64,000 bases of DNA from contig CDMY01000938.1 of the NCBI GenBank assembly GCA_001179505.1, positions 173,948 to 237,947 on the forward strand, in the 5' to 3' direction. The notes under the pieces are model-generated. The model saw nothing but the letters and a program-made list of their open reading frames with translations, did no database searches and had not been told where the DNA came from. The stretch is from Vitrella brassicaformis CCMP3155 (lineage: Eukaryota; Protista; Chromerida). Position 1 is the first letter of the stretch; each line of letters opens with the position of its first letter. Shown here one piece after another: positions 1 to 15,000 of this stretch. The translations under genes and the position numbers were made by a program.

Positions 1-3000
1 AGCCGTCGAGACACCAGTGGATGTCGGCGCCACATTTCATCGCCTGATGCCGGGACTGAGGTCCTCGCCGACACCAAGCACCCCAGCCATCGTTGCCGGA
101 TCTGTCTCAGTGCTCGTCAAGACAAGGCAATTGATCGCGTCAGCTGGGACATACCTGGCATCACTCTATGCTTCGGTGAGCTTCACGATCGACCGCGTGT
201 CGCCCGATACTGTGTGGGAGGGGGTTTCTGTCCGAGTCATGATCGATGGGACGTTTTCAAGCGGCATCTTTCCCTCCAGCCTGCACTGCAACTTCCAGTA
301 CACGCTGACCTCTGGAGCTGCCGGACAAAACACCGTTCCTGTGGTGCAAGTGTCGACCAACACGCTTGTTTGTGAGGCGGCGACGTTTCAAGCCGTAGAT
401 GCGCAAGGGATCTCTGTGGGGCTTCAGCGCTCCCCTTCTGTCAACGAAGTGCCATTGGCTGTGAGCCCCAACAAGCTATCCGTCCTGCCAGTGCCAATTG
501 CTACAGCCATGGCGCCGTCAAGTGTGTGGAGCCTGATGCCGCTGCCGTATTTCATCCAGGCTGCTGGTGTGCCGGTGTCGCCTCACGTGACGGCTGAGTG
601 CCGCTGGGCAGTCATGGCACTGACGACAGACGCCAAAGCGAAGGCAATGCAGGTTGGCGATGTGGTGGCGACCTTCGCGACGATCGACTCAAGCACTCAG
701 CTCAGCTGTTGGAGCCCGCGATTTGACGATCTTTCGGCTGCATCGGTGGGTCTCTCCGTCTCGTTTGTCTATGCGGACATGACTCTTGCCGCCACACACA
801 TACCTATTGCGAGCAACGCCACAACGATCACCGTCGCCAGCAGCATCCCTGTCGTGTCATCGGGCAGACACCTGCCCCTGCAGCTGAGCCACAACGTTGC
901 GACAATCCCTGCCTCTGGCCTGGTCGCTTCCCTCCCCTCCACAGTGCACATCAAGTCTACGGCCAGCCTCTTCTCTGTCCTCGACCACACGAGCTTCCAC
1001 TGTGTGTTCGATAAGGTCTTCAACGGCAATGCGGCCACCACAGCGGCACTTGCACTGTCTGCCGACACACTCGTGTGCACAATGCCGCCGTCGAACGAGG
1101 CCCGGCTGACGGAGCTGCGTCTCGAGACCAAGCACGGAGCTCTGGTGCAAGTGTGGGAGTTCCGCTACATCGCCGATTTGCAAGGGGAGTGGTTCACCCA
1201 CGGCGAGAGCATGCAGGGCCTGTCTCTACAAACAGCTGACTTTGTCCTCGACGGCGACCTGAAGAGCAGCTTGGAAGGCCTTGCGCCAACATGCCAAATC
1301 GATGTATACGACAAGGCCGCCCCGTCACAACCGTGCGGCCCTCCACAAAGCAGTGCCGCGTGTCAAGCGACGGTTACACAGGACGGGGTTCTCCAGTGTG
1401 CGTTTCAGCCACCCCTGGCCGACACGACGTGCAACCGCAACACGGCTGGAGTGCGGCTCTCCATCTTGTGTGACGACCAGCATGTCTGTGCTGACACGGC
1501 GCTTGAGTTCTCATCTACTGTGGTTACGAGCGATGCTGGCCTGGCCAGGACGGTCATTCCCATCTGGAGAGATGCTCCTGTGGAGCTGGCCTTGTTGGCT
1601 GCAAGCGAAGATCAGCTGGCGGACTTGTCGTCCTTCCCGTCCCCGCTTGCATGCCACCTTCACACGGTTCACACGGAGACGACATGGCAGTCCACACAGG
1701 GGTCGGTCACATTGAGCCCGTCCGGCTCCTCGTCCGCGTCACCAGTCACTGCTGCAGCCACTCTCTGTCGGTTGCCGCACGCCAGAGACACGGCTGGCCT
1801 TGCTGTGCAGCAGCTAGACGTGAGTGTGGCGGGCGTCTCCACGCCTGTCACCCGAGCGCTCTTGAGCATACACACAGCCCCTGGACACCTGACAGTGAGC
1901 CCGTCTTTTGGAGCGATGGCAGGGAGCGACGCCGTGCGTCTCGAGTTCACGTCCGACTGGGATTTTGCTACCATTTCTACTGCCCTTGATAGCTTCTATT
2001 GTCTTTTCATCGATCAGTATAGCGGTGCGAGAATTGAAGTCCCTGTGATCGACATCGTTGACTCGACGCTCACCTGCCAGAGCCCCCTGCACGTCGAGAG
2101 CACCCGACGGTCTCTGGTGGGGGGTGGCTGGACATCGTCGAGACAGCTGGAGGTCCGACTTATGCTCAAGAAGACATTTCCTCTCACCAATCCACCGGAC
2201 TCACAGCTCAGCGTCGTGTCCACGTCTCTTTCCTATGGTCTCTTCACTTTCGTCGATCCTCGGTGGACTGCGGTCATGATTTCCGCCCCGTTTTCCACCA
2301 CTGGAGTCGTCAGTGACGGCCTCACGCCGTTGCGTAACCTCTCACCGAGCAGCGCGCTTCTGATTTCCTCGATGGGGAGCGGGGCATTGCCGCCCCTGGA
2401 GCTGACTGTCGACAGCGCTTTTCAATTGTCGCGGACAGACATGTCGTGCCGCTTTGTGGATTTCACGGAGTACGTCAAGGGGACACAGCCATCGGGTATC
2501 CCTCTCGGAGACACACAAGCGACGGTCACCAGCAGTAGCCGACCCTCGAAGGTGACCTGCCCTCTCCCAACCATCCCTGTGATTGGAACTTATGAAGATC
2601 GCTTCCTTTCTCTGTCACTCGAGTCGTCCTGGACAGCGGCACCCTACAATGACGAGTACCTGGCTGTCATTTCTAAGACGACGCACTTGCTTACACAGAG
2701 CACGTCAACGGAGCGAATCGACGCCACACACATCGCCGTGTCTTCCGTCTTCACCTCTCAAAATAACGAACTTGTCATTCCCGCAACGGTGCTACCGAGG
2801 TGCGCTCTGCTAAGCGACACGGCGTCGATCGCCCCCTCTGTGTCATCGGCCGCTGTCTCGAACTACCGCGGCATTGCGTGCAAGTGGGCAAGTGTGGCAG
2901 CGGGGTCGTCTCCTGTCCACGCTGCGGCTGGCGGCAGCCTCAATCGGGGCTCCTTCGTCTTCGATCCCCGTGAGGTGGACCTGTCCATGGCTGGTTCGGC

Positions 3001-6000
3001 AGTCACGGTGTCTCAGCTGCCACCCGACCAGGATCCGGCGTCACTGACCGGCGATGGCGCTGCACAGCCTCTGATTGCGGGGAAGACATCTTGTTTCAGG
3101 ATGCTGTATCCTCAGGAGCTTTCGATCCAGTCCGCTCAGCTGACACTATCTTTGCTGTTGGAGACAGCCTTCACCTCCCCCGCAGCCCAGTTCTCATCCA
3201 CTGCTGTCACTCTCTCAGAGCCCTGTCAAGTGGGGACCGCCACCCAGAGTCCCAGTCAGCTGCTCAGCGGGAAAAGGCAGATACTGCTGTGCTGTGCTGT
3301 GCCTGCAACACCGCCATTCATAGCCGGGCTGGCTTACATCGAGCTGGCTGCACCTGCCCTGCAAAGCGCCACTATCTTGCTCGACATTCAGTCCAGCACA
3401 AGCAGTGTGACTCTCGAAGCTCCGCTGAGCCCTCTCCCCTTCTACCAAACCGCTGTCGAGGCGTCGGTTGCCCATGATTTGGTTATCGCCAGCGGCACTT
3501 TAGCGAGCCAGAGTGTCGCGGTGCCTGTAGACGGGGCGACCATTGGTGATGAGGTGGCGTGTGTGTGGTACTTTGAGCAGCAGAGCGAGCCGGCAATCAC
3601 ACTGGGAAATGTGCAGACAAGCGGGATCCTCACCTGTCCATCGCCAGAGGTGCCGTCATCTCTCAGGACAGGCAGGCTCTTCACCGGTCGAGCGGTCAGC
3701 CACCTGGCTGTCAAGGCGCTCGTGGATGACCTGAGTCGCAGTGAGACGGTCCAGTCCACAAGCACATCGGTCGTCATTCATTCTGCTGGTGGCACCCCCT
3801 TCGTCGCCGTGCAGCTCTCGACCATCGCCTGGGTCGGCCCCAACTTGTGCCGTGTCCGAGCAAGGGACCTTCATGTCTCTATCGAAGCGTTGCGGTTCAC
3901 CTTGTCGGACTCCAGCGACCGTGCTCGAGTGCAGAGTGACATCACCAGCAGCCTTGAGTGCGTGTTCAGACGCAAGAAGGGTGTCAACAGCGGCACGAGT
4001 CCAGCTGCGGTGCGGACATTGGCTCGCTTGTACGGCAAGGCAGGGATGGTGGAGTGTGGGTGTCCCGACGGGCAGCACTTCGCCTCCGACGCATTGCCAT
4101 CTGGATCATCCCTGCTGACTTTGGAGGTCGACATGAACGGTAAGGCACACACGAGAGTTCATGTCTCTGCACGATCAATGTATATGTGTTGTGTCTGCAG
4201 GGATCATTGTGAGTGAGCAGGCCGACGTTGAGATGCAGATGACACCCGAGGCTGCATGGCAATTGGCCACGCCAGTCCCATGGCCGGCGTCCTCTCCATC
4301 ACGACCGACGGTGGCAATCTTCGACGGTCTGCACACGATTTACGTGTCCAAGGACGACGCCCCCTCTCCTTCGCTAACCAACACCTTCACAGCCTCTCTC
4401 TGCTTTATCAACGGCGGCCAGGGATACCTCACAGAGAGCCCCTTGTCTTCACAGCACCTGGTGTGCTACATTCCCCCTCTCCCTGCCCCTGCGTCGCCCT
4501 CCTCGCCCCTCGCTCTCCTGGTCGGTGACTCGGGCATGGCTGCATGGGAGGAATACCCCATTTTGGACAGAGATGATAGCACCTCCGCGCTGCACATTCA
4601 GCATGAGACGCTACCTACCATTGTATCGGTCAACCCTGCTTTCATCCGAGCGTCTTCGTCCGCCGGCAGCGGGACAAATGTCCGTGTCTCGGGTACCAAC
4701 TTCTTCGAGACGTGTCGGTGCATCATTGGCACCCCTCGGACAGGCACAGGAGGTGCTCGCTATACCGCTGCTGATGTGCTCTTTGCGTCGAGCGGCATCA
4801 CGTCAGGGCTGGACATCCAGCCCGCAACAGAATCTGTCTTTGTCGGCGCTACCACAATCGACTGTCTGATCAGCCCCTGGACAGAGGCCATCAGTGAGGT
4901 CTACCTGGCTGTCGAGTGCACAAAGGAGTCCCTCACTTCCCTGCAGAACCAGATTGTGGCATCCAGCCTGGTCAGGCTCGCCGTCGTGCCTTTCGACATC
5001 GCTTTGTTGGCGCGCTCTTCAGTCCTGGTTGGGCCACAGACGCCTGTAACGATCGAGGGGAAGGGCTTCCTGCAAACGGGTCTGCTGAGCTCCCTCGGTT
5101 CATCGACGGCTTATGAGATGAATGTGGTGTCTCTGATGGAAGGGTTGGTGCATCCCTTGCTGGACTTTACTTCGGTCCCGATGGACACACTTGCTCAGGT
5201 AAGTTACAGACAGGCAGCTACAGGCTGATTGATATCTGCGATATATATGCTGTCTCGTGTGCAGGGCCTGGCGCCAGCACGGCTGTCCGTTGCCAGCTCA
5301 CTCAGCGTGGCCCTACAGCTGCAAGAAGGAGCCACCACCCGCCAGGTCTCCATCACCGACACAAAGACCCTCTCACTGACATCGCTGCCTGTTCTCCAAG
5401 ACGCCCACATGCTAACGTCCTTCTCTCGCCTCGCTGTGGCAATGCACTTTGACATCGACATAGTCAAGGACAACCTTCGGTGCTACGTGGGTGATCGCGT
5501 GACCGCTCTGTCCGCGACATCTCACCTGTGGTTCGAGAGCAAAGCGCCTTTGCTGGACCACAGCCGGAGCGTCATCTGTGACGTGGCGTCGACCCGCATG
5601 GCTTTCTCCGCCGCTGAGCCCAACTCCCTCACTTCGACGCTCCGCTCGCTCTTCGTCTTCGATGCGCTTTATCGCCACGCATACAGGTCGTTCCATTTCA
5701 ACACCATATCGAGGCCGCAGCCTCACATTACATCCTTCGCGCCGCGGACGCTGCCCTTCGATGCCACGACCGTCGACTCGGGCATATTTATCGACGTATA
5801 TGGCTATGCATTCCCGACGGACTCGCTTCCTGACCGCCCACTCGACTGTTATGTCCATTTTGGCGACCGCCAGGCCCGACAGACAGCCGTCCTGAGCGAC
5901 ACGCACATTCGTGTGACGCCGCCGTTGATGACGGCTGCAGTCAGCCTGCCGATAGAGCTGCGATGCACTCAGTCTGTGAGCCCCGCAGCCCCAGTGCCCC

Positions 6001-9000
6001 TGAGCCACATGCCAGTGTGGCAATCGGTGGCGGTTGCATCCTCCTTGTCGATTGGCGGAGGGTCGTATTTCACCTTCACGTCTCTTCCGGTGATCGAGGA
6101 GGTGGCGCCCCGGCAGTTCTCGTCCCTGGACGCCCCCCTCCTGACTGTCCATGCTACGGGTCTGTCTCGCACAGAGAAGGCCTTCTGTCTCATAGGCTCC
6201 ACGGCTGTGGCTGCCGAGGTCCTGACGTCGAACTTCCTGCGGTGTCGATGCCCCGTCTTGCAAGATGGAGAGACAGATGTGCAGATCGCCATCTCGGTCG
6301 ATGGGGTGTGGTTCTCGCCACCCTGGACGCAATTATTGAGGATACAGCAGCGGGTGCGCTTGGTCGATGTCACGCCGTCGACCGTCCTGACATCCGGAGG
6401 GACAACTCTTGTAGCCACGGGGTACAACTTCCATATCTCTCCGACATACGGCGTGTTCGATAGCGGGCCGTCTGTCGAGTGTCGGCTTGGCAATGAGGTG
6501 ATGGTGCGGGCGATTGCCGCCACATCAACTGAGGTGACATGTAGCATCCCGCCCCTTCCCCATGTGGAGAAGGAGATTGTTGACGCTGGCACAACCTCGA
6601 CAACTCTCCCATTCACGCTGGTGTGGGACACCCAGGGCCTGCTGACGCCGGAGACATCTGCCAGCCTGACCGTCACTGCCCGCCTACCCCCCGCCTTCTA
6701 TCTCGTGTCTCCTGCGGTCGTCTTGCCACCCGGTGGCGCCACAATCACCCTCAATGGAGTCGGTCTGGATGTGGCGTCGAATGCAAGGTGCGTCTTCATG
6801 GGTGCCACGAGCACTACGGTCGGCAGCATTTCGTCTACAGCGGTCAGCTGCCCCGTGCCAGCGTTGAGCAGTCTGCAGCTTGGGCCGTCGTCCACATCAC
6901 CGCCCGTCGACACGATGATTCAGGTGGCCTACGAGGACAGCAGTGGCAACATAGTGGTGACGATCGATACCGGGCTGATGATCCGATACGTGGAGCCCCC
7001 GATGCTCAACACTACTCTCCCAGCCACCATGTGGGTGGGGCAATCTCTCTTCGTCAAGGGCGACGGCTTCCTCACCTCCCCCTACGTCATGCAATGCAAG
7101 CTGGACGCCGTCAGCTTTGACCCGCCATCAGCTGCCCCACTGCCCTCCTACACCGAGACGGCTAAAGTCCACTCAGACAGCCTGCTCGAGTGTCCGGTGA
7201 ACGCAGGCCTCACTGATGAATACATCCAAGTCAGCGTATCCCTCAACGGCCAGGAGTGGACGCCCGTGGGAACAATCGTCGCGCCAGGGGACGCGCAGAG
7301 GCTCGTCAGCCCTGCCACCGGGATATCGGCCCTTACACCTGCAGTGCTGCCCACCGGCAGCTTCGGCAAGGTGACGTTCAGTATCACCTCGACGTGGAGC
7401 GAGGTGCATGTGGCGGACAATCTCCTCTGCGTGGCCGCCGATGTGGATTCCCCTCTGACGAATGCAGTCAAGATCGCCGTGCCCGTCGCTGTCGAGAGCT
7501 CTGTGGTCGAGACCACCGGTGTGACGAGCCTCGTGGCCTCTTGCATCTTCCCCCCTGTAGCCTCGAGCAACTACACCGTGGACCTCATTAGCGCCGCTCG
7601 GAATTGGGGCACTGCAAACGATCAGCCCACTCTGCTGTCCCTGACGGTTGCCAGTGCTGGTGTCTCTACAGCAGCTGCTGTACCACTGGAGGTCATTGAG
7701 ACACAGCCAGATCTCTTGGTGAGAAGCGTCAGTCCCTATTTTGGATTCGCCGACACGATGACTGAGGTGCTGGTCAGCGGCCTGTCCTCCATCGATCTCA
7801 TTACCGCCTGTGCCTTCGGCTCGCCTTCCACTACATCACCACTTTCCTTCGACCCCGCCATCCAGTCGCCAGCTGAGGTGGAGTTTCTCTCCAATGGGAC
7901 AATCAACTGCACGGCAGTGGCTCAGCCCTTCCGTGACCCGCCCATCGACAGGCCCCTCTACGGAGGAGTGCAGCCTGTGTATGTGCAGTACAGCAACCTC
8001 CACTGGGTCGACACGGGCACCGCCTTCCTGTACCTCCCCAATCTGGTGGTCGAGTCCGTGCGGCCTTATGCGGGCAAGAATGTGGGAGGCGATGACATCA
8101 CCGTCAAGACCAGTCCTCCCGACGAACTGGCTTCTCTCGGCTTCCCGCCGTGCACGGTCGACAGCTGTCGGTGTCTCTTCACCTCTCTGGACAACTTGAC
8201 TGTGGTGGAGGTGGTGGGCACGTGGAACGCAATCGATGGGAGCATCACTTGTGTGACGCCCGATGTCTCTGGAAGCGGCTTTACAGGTGAGCCAGGATCA
8301 CCTGTGCTGTCGATTGTCGTGCCATCATTTCCTGTGTGTGTACATGTTTGCAGGTCCGATGAGGGTGTCGGCGTCTGTGGCCGGCGGCCTTGTGTGGAGC
8401 CGATCCGATGCTCTGTTCGAATTCTATGACACGCTGGGCTTCACTGGTGTGGCTCCGGACCTGACCAACGCCCTCGGAGGGACAGTCGTCACTATCACAG
8501 GCAGCATCCCACTCATCACAGACGGTACGCATCCTGCCACTGCACGCGCACGCTCATATGCACCGCCGTCTCACTCTCATGCAGGCGCAGTCTACTGCCG
8601 TTGGTATGCGACATCTCCCGATATCAACCAGCCCTATGACGTCGCAGCCATCAACATCAGCGCCACCGAGGTGCTCTGCCTAGTGCCGTCACGATACCGA
8701 TTCTTCAACTTCGTCCCAGTACCAGTGGGCGCTCACCTGCTGCTCAATGTCTCGGTGTCTGGGGAGCCCTTCGTGTGGGAGGAAGTGTCGCCGCCACTGG
8801 CGCAGCTCGAGCAGCATGAGACGCCGTCACGCGCCGACGCATCCCTTCTTGTCACGCCACCGAAGAGCTTCAAAGAGGGAGGCGCCACCATCGATATCAC
8901 CGGCACAGACATGAGGACCGACTTCCCGTCGCTGGCTCGCTGCCGCTTCCACCTGATGGAAAACGGCGTGTCAAGGTATGAGCTGGCCGTCAACGCCACG

Positions 9001-12000
9001 CCAGTCAGCACAAGTGTCGTCCAGTGTGTCGTGCCGGCCCTGACTGACATCAGCCTGACCCTGGCGCCGCCACAGAGCATCCAGGTGGACCTCTCTTTCG
9101 ATGGGGGCGCAACCTTCTCAGCGCTGCACGGCCTCATCAAGTACGAGCCCGACTCAGCCTTCACCCGCAACATCACCAATGACGATGGGACGGTGACCAG
9201 CCAGACGCCCATCGGCCTTATCGGGTCGGGCATGATCCTCAGCGAGCAGCTGTCGTGCCGCTACACCCGGTATGACCCCCTGCCCGAGACGGTGTACCCC
9301 CCTGTGCTGGCGGAGTGGCAGAGTCCCGACGAGATGCGGTGCGGCCTGATTACTGTCACGGAGGGTTTCCATCGGGTGGAGTACTCCATCGATGGGCAGA
9401 TCTTCAAAGACACGGGGCTCGTCTACACGGTCTATTCGACGCCTACGTTGGTCACCATCGATCCGCAGAGAGGGCCCTACACGGGAGGCACCATCGTCAG
9501 CATCATAGGCAGCGACTTTGTGGCAACCCCGCGGCTGTCCTGCGCTTTCAACGACACGATTGTCCTCGTGTATAACTTCATCAGCTCGAGCGAGATCCAA
9601 TGCGTCTCTCCGCCTGCCCAACAGCCCGGCCTGGTCCTTGTAAAGGTTTCTCTTAACGGCATCGACTTCTTCGGCAACTTCACATTCGAGTATCTGCCTC
9701 TGTACAACGCGACAAGTGTCAGTCCATGGCACGCTTGGAGCTGGAATGACCAAGTGAGCAACCCACGGACACCCTCCTTGCGAGCTATGTCAATGTCTGA
9801 TCATGTGTTCCTCTCTCTGTTTGTCAGGGTTTCTTGGTGCTGGAGGGAGACGGCCTTGTGGATCCAATGTCGTGTCAGTTTGGAGACCTGCCGTCAGAGG
9901 TGGCGCCTCACGTGTGGCCGTCCAACAGCTCGATGGCATGTGTCTCGCCAATCCTGCCCCTGCCAAAGCGGCCTAGCCCCGACATGTGGGACCGTGCAGA
10001 AGACCACTTTCTCACCTTCGTTGAGGTGAGCAAGGATCATTTCCTTGTGATGTGACGCGATGGGCCATCTTGTTCTCTCTTCAGGTGTCTCCCAACGATC
10101 AGGACTTCAGTCGGCTTCGACGGCAGTTCCTTTGGTATGAGCCTCCCATGGCCACCCACAGCTCACCCGGGGCCTTCCTATCAGACAGGCCGATCAGCAC
10201 AGACTTCTACGTCTTTGGGCAGTACTTCCGCCGTCTGCTGAGCGAGAGCTTCCTCTGCAAGATGGTCGTCTCATGGATGAACGAGACACAGGCCGAGATG
10301 GAGCTGCAGGCCGCTGCTGACGATCCCAATCTCACCGCCGCCATCCAGGAGCGCCTCGACAGCCACTGCAACAATCTGACCTTCCTGGCAGCCAACGACC
10401 CAGGATTCAGCATCGGCAACTACACCGAGGGCGCCAACAAGAGCTCGTACCTCTCGCCGAACGTCCTGCGCTGCCAGATACGCATCGACACGGCGTTTGT
10501 GCCTCTTGTGCCCGACGTGTGTCCAGGGAAGCATCGCCTCCCGTATGCACTTGAGGTCGCACGGACGCCCGAGATGTGGTCGGGGGCGGCCACATCGAGC
10601 AACAATGTGTCGACGGGGACCGCCGATATATGGAAGCCGCCGATCAGCCCCGATGACACATCGCCGCCGGAGGTCCCGTGGGACAAGACACATGCATTGG
10701 GCGGTGGCTACCCAAGGCTGGGCAGCCCCTCTGTGTCGTTCGCTGTGCAGCTGAGAGAACCCATTCCAAAGACGCAGGTGAGAGAAAAAAGAGGGGGAAG
10801 GAGCCGGCCATCGGGTTTCACATACATTTTGTTTGCATTATATTCAGCTGCACATCCTGGTCGGGGACAATTTGGTAGAAGAGCTGGTCCCGGCCGACGC
10901 ATGGACATTCGACGGCGAGGAGACGTACCGCCCCGACCCAGCAACCTTCAACGCGTCAAACGCCACCTTTCCCTTTCCAGCGGTCATGCTGCCCGGTATC
11001 GTCACCATCACCGTTATCAACCTGCCGCCGTTCACATCGGTTCCGTCTGGAGGTCAGTTTGAGGCCATCCGGGTGGCCTTTGGGGACGATCGGGTGGCGT
11101 GGTACAACGTGGCCAGAGTTAGGTACAACCCTATACCGAAGGACACGTACTATCGTGTGGGTTGGCACATGACGGAAGGGGTGCAGCCGTGCCCGACGGG
11201 CCACTACTGCCCTGGCGATGTGATCAGCGCACTGCCGCAGGAGATCGCCGCGACGCACAGCGTGCCATGCCCACCTGGCACCTACCACATCGAATTCGTC
11301 AACGGGACGATCGTGTGCTCGCCATGTCCGCAGGGGACATACTGCCCCTTGCCTGCCGAAGGCATGCCTCATAAGTATGTCCATCCATCCATCCATCTAT
11401 CTACTTTCAGACGGCACACTGCAGTCAAATATGTCTCTCTCTCCGTTTCCTTTTGGGTGAGCAGGTGTCCTGGTGGCTATGTGTGCGACGGCACCGGGGG
11501 CCTTGACGCTCTATTGCCTCTCTGTCCGGCCGGCAAGCTCTGCTACCGGGAGATTGCGACAATCGGGGAGGAGATCACCACCCTTACCCCACCCCAATAC
11601 AGGCGGCTTTCGGATGAGATGCCTCTGGAGAGTGAGGACAATTCCTATTTTGACGACATTGACGCAGAAACGCGAGACCTTGCGAGTGGGCTGCCCCTCA
11701 TCAGCCTCTTGGTCTCGAACGTGTCGGATTGCCCTGCCGGATGGTAATTAGCAAATGGGATTCCTTCGTCACACGCATATGCCTCTCCCTCTTGGCGGTG
11801 TGGCTGTGTGCGTGTGTAGGTACTGCCCGGCGGGATCGACCATTGACCAGGTAAGGCAGCTAGCTCCACATGGCAAGACAGAAGGCCGTGTCATGTCTCT
11901 GTCTCTCAGTATGATTACACGTGGGAGCCGACCGGTCCGTCCCCAATGACCAAGTGTGCCATCCCGGGCATCGTTTGCCCCGAGGGAACGAGCATCCCAT

Positions 12001-15000
12001 GGGGAACCGATGTCAAAGTACGCCGGACGTCAATCGTCACCTGTAGGCTCTTCCACCCCCGCTGTCTTGGCATTGTAGGTGCCGGCGGGTTACTACATCT
12101 CGCCTGAGCACGACGAGACTATCGAATGTCCGCCAGGATTTGCATGCCCCGAATATGGCTCGAATCCTCTTGCATGCCCTCCTGGCCAGTACCAACTCTC
12201 GCAGGTCCGTCGCAAAATGATGACGGCCGTGTCTCTCTGAGTTACTCTTGGGTACCTTCCGCACACGCAGGGTGCTGCCGAGTGTGCCACATGCACAGCA
12301 GGGACCATGTGTTCGGACTACGGCGGATCGCATCCCGAGATGTGCCCCCAGGGGTTTGTGTGCGCCCTCCCCGGCCGTCACGGCCCCACATACCTCTGTC
12401 CGGCAGGATCCTACTGTGACGAAGGCACGTTCACACTCAACAGCTGGGTGGGTCAAAGGACTCACAGACACATACGGGAAGCCACCAGCAGTGGCGTGGC
12501 GTTTCTGTGTGTCACCAGAGCAACGAGACGAATGCGCCCCAGGTGTGTCCGAGGGGCACCTACTGCCTGCCAGGCACAATCCCGTGCGACCTTGGCGTGT
12601 GGGGCGTCAACTGCCCCAAGAAATGCGTCGAAGGAAGCTTCTGTGGCACGGTCGGCACACCACAGGAACCGACGGATAAATCGCAGAAGAGCACTCTCTC
12701 TGTGTCTGTGTCTGTGTCTGTGCTTCAGAATACGACCAACCCAGGTGGTTCGTTCCTCTGTCCGCCTGGGTGGTACTGCCCCCGGGGCTCCTACCTGCCC
12801 CTCCCCGCCCCCCCTGGCTTCTTCGTCTCGGAGTGGGGCGCGCAGTATCCTGCCAAGTGCCCGCCAGGGAGCTACACCGACGAGTGGGCGTCGGTCAAGT
12901 GCCTCCTCTGTCCGGCTGGATTCGAATGCCCTCGTGACGGTATGTATGTCAACAGCGTCAGTCAGGCTGAGTGTTGTGTTTTCTACATGTGTATGCCGTC
13001 CCCTGCAGAGACGTTTGAGCCATCCATGTGCGGCCCGGGATTGTTCCGTGCGCTGGGTGCGTCCATCTTCTGCGACCCCTGTCCGCAGGGCACCTGGTCC
13101 AACCTGACCGCCCTCAAGAGCGCAGAAGAGTGCAAGAAATGCGCAGCCAGATACGCATGCACTATACTCGGTAGGCGGATGACGCAGCCAAAACGGCGAT
13201 CCGATCGTCTAGAAATCTCTCTGTTGTAGGGATGATGGTGTTTGCGCCGATTGAGGACCAGGACTGCAGCGACAACATCTGCTACCAGTTGTCGCAGGGA
13301 CTGGACTGCCCGGAGGGATACGCGTGTGACGTCGCCACCACCTACTACACTCAGTTCGACCTCGAGTGCGCCGCGGGATACGTCTGCGACTTCCGCACAC
13401 ACCCTGACGAAATGTATGACCTTCAGTGCCCTGCCGGTAGGTATGCCAAGGGAGAGAGACGCGACACAAAAGCAGGCAAGCGACCCGATGCCTGTCTCTC
13501 TGTCTGTGTGTCTCTCTGTTTTTATGTGTCAGGATACTACTGCCAGAAGGCCACAGGGGAGTCAACAAAGTTTGCCTTCCCCTGTCCCCCCAACTTCTTT
13601 TGCCCCGAGGGCACGGCTGCCAAGCAGCTGGCCGACGCCGCCAATCGGCTGCTGTGGCTGGCCTACGCCACGCAGCAGCTGCGGCTGCTGCAGGTCGAGG
13701 AGGAGGACCGCTCTGCCGAGTTTGTGCTGTGGAACGTCAACGACTACCAGCAGGACTGGCAGCCTGACGACCCCGAGCTGTGCGACCTCTGCTGTCCCAT
13801 GGGCACTTTGTCCAAACCGGGGTCGTCCAGCCCCGATGACTGCATTCAACAGAAACTGGTCAGTGGGAGGCCGGTTGGGAGAACAATGGACGAGAATGCC
13901 GTGTCTTTGTCCCTAATGCCCTGCTGGTCAGGTGATTCGTATAACGAATATCTATGAGGACAGATACATACCTCTCGATGACCCAATCTGGAACGCCACG
14001 TAAACAAAACCAATGGATGCAGCCATCTCTCTCCGTACGACCATGTGTCTCGTGTGGGTGGGTGGATGGATATAGGTCTGTGACGGAGCTGGGTGACGGC
14101 CCCGGGTTTCTGGGTTTCGACCCACTCAATCAGCCTCAGGGCTGGTACTTTTTCCAGAGCTTCAGGCTGGAGGCCCTGGGTATCGCCGACATCGTCTTCG
14201 ACTTCAAGAAGGCCTCCCTGGTTGTCCGCAACCTGGATCACTACGCCATTGTGATCGCGTCCGAGTACACCACATGGCAGGACGGCTATGAGCTGCCACA
14301 CTACATGGAAACCGAGAAAGAACTCCATCATCGGTGCGGCAAGGCGTTCTCTTTCTGTTCGTTCGTTAGATGCCCTCGTTGTTGTAATAATCTGCGCATG
14401 GCAGGTTTGTGTTGCGGATGCTTGGTTTGGCGACGATGAACTTCAACGTGTCTCTGCACCTGTATCACGGCTCCTACATCGCCCACCTGCCGTCGTTCAA
14501 CAATACAGTGCATGTGGAGACGAGCTACCCCTCACGAGCAGAGGTGGGCACGCGGAAGGTCTTCGCCGCGGTGCTCGAGAAGGAGGCCATGAACGGAGGC
14601 GAGAGAGAACTCCCTTATAACATGGCCGGTGAGCGGATGAGCCACAGGGCAAACCAGACACCATGATATGTGTGTCCTGCATGCGTCGATACAGGTGACG
14701 ACGAGACGGCAGTGATAGACCTGCGTAGCACGTCTGAGGACAAGCCCAACGAGCCTGAGAAGAAGGACTTTCCCGACTCCAAGACCTTCTGGCAGATCAA
14801 GAAGGTCGACACCGTCGCCATGGCGTGGATACCCTTCTTCTCTCACTGCCAGGGATCAGACTCACGGTGAGAGACCGCACACAGCAGAATGATAGAGAGG
14901 AGACATGACTGGCTCTCTTTCTCTTGGGCAGAATCGTTCTGTGGGAGATGATGGAGACCACCTCTCTCGGTGCTTGTGACCTCCTGGAGCAGGGCGACAT

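Noticed and set aside
5412-6676. Long antisense ORFs (306 and 235 aa) and many similar shadow ORFs, e.g. 32205..33413
   Set aside because: They mirror GC-rich sense-strand exons, have no motifs, and are expected from codon bias.
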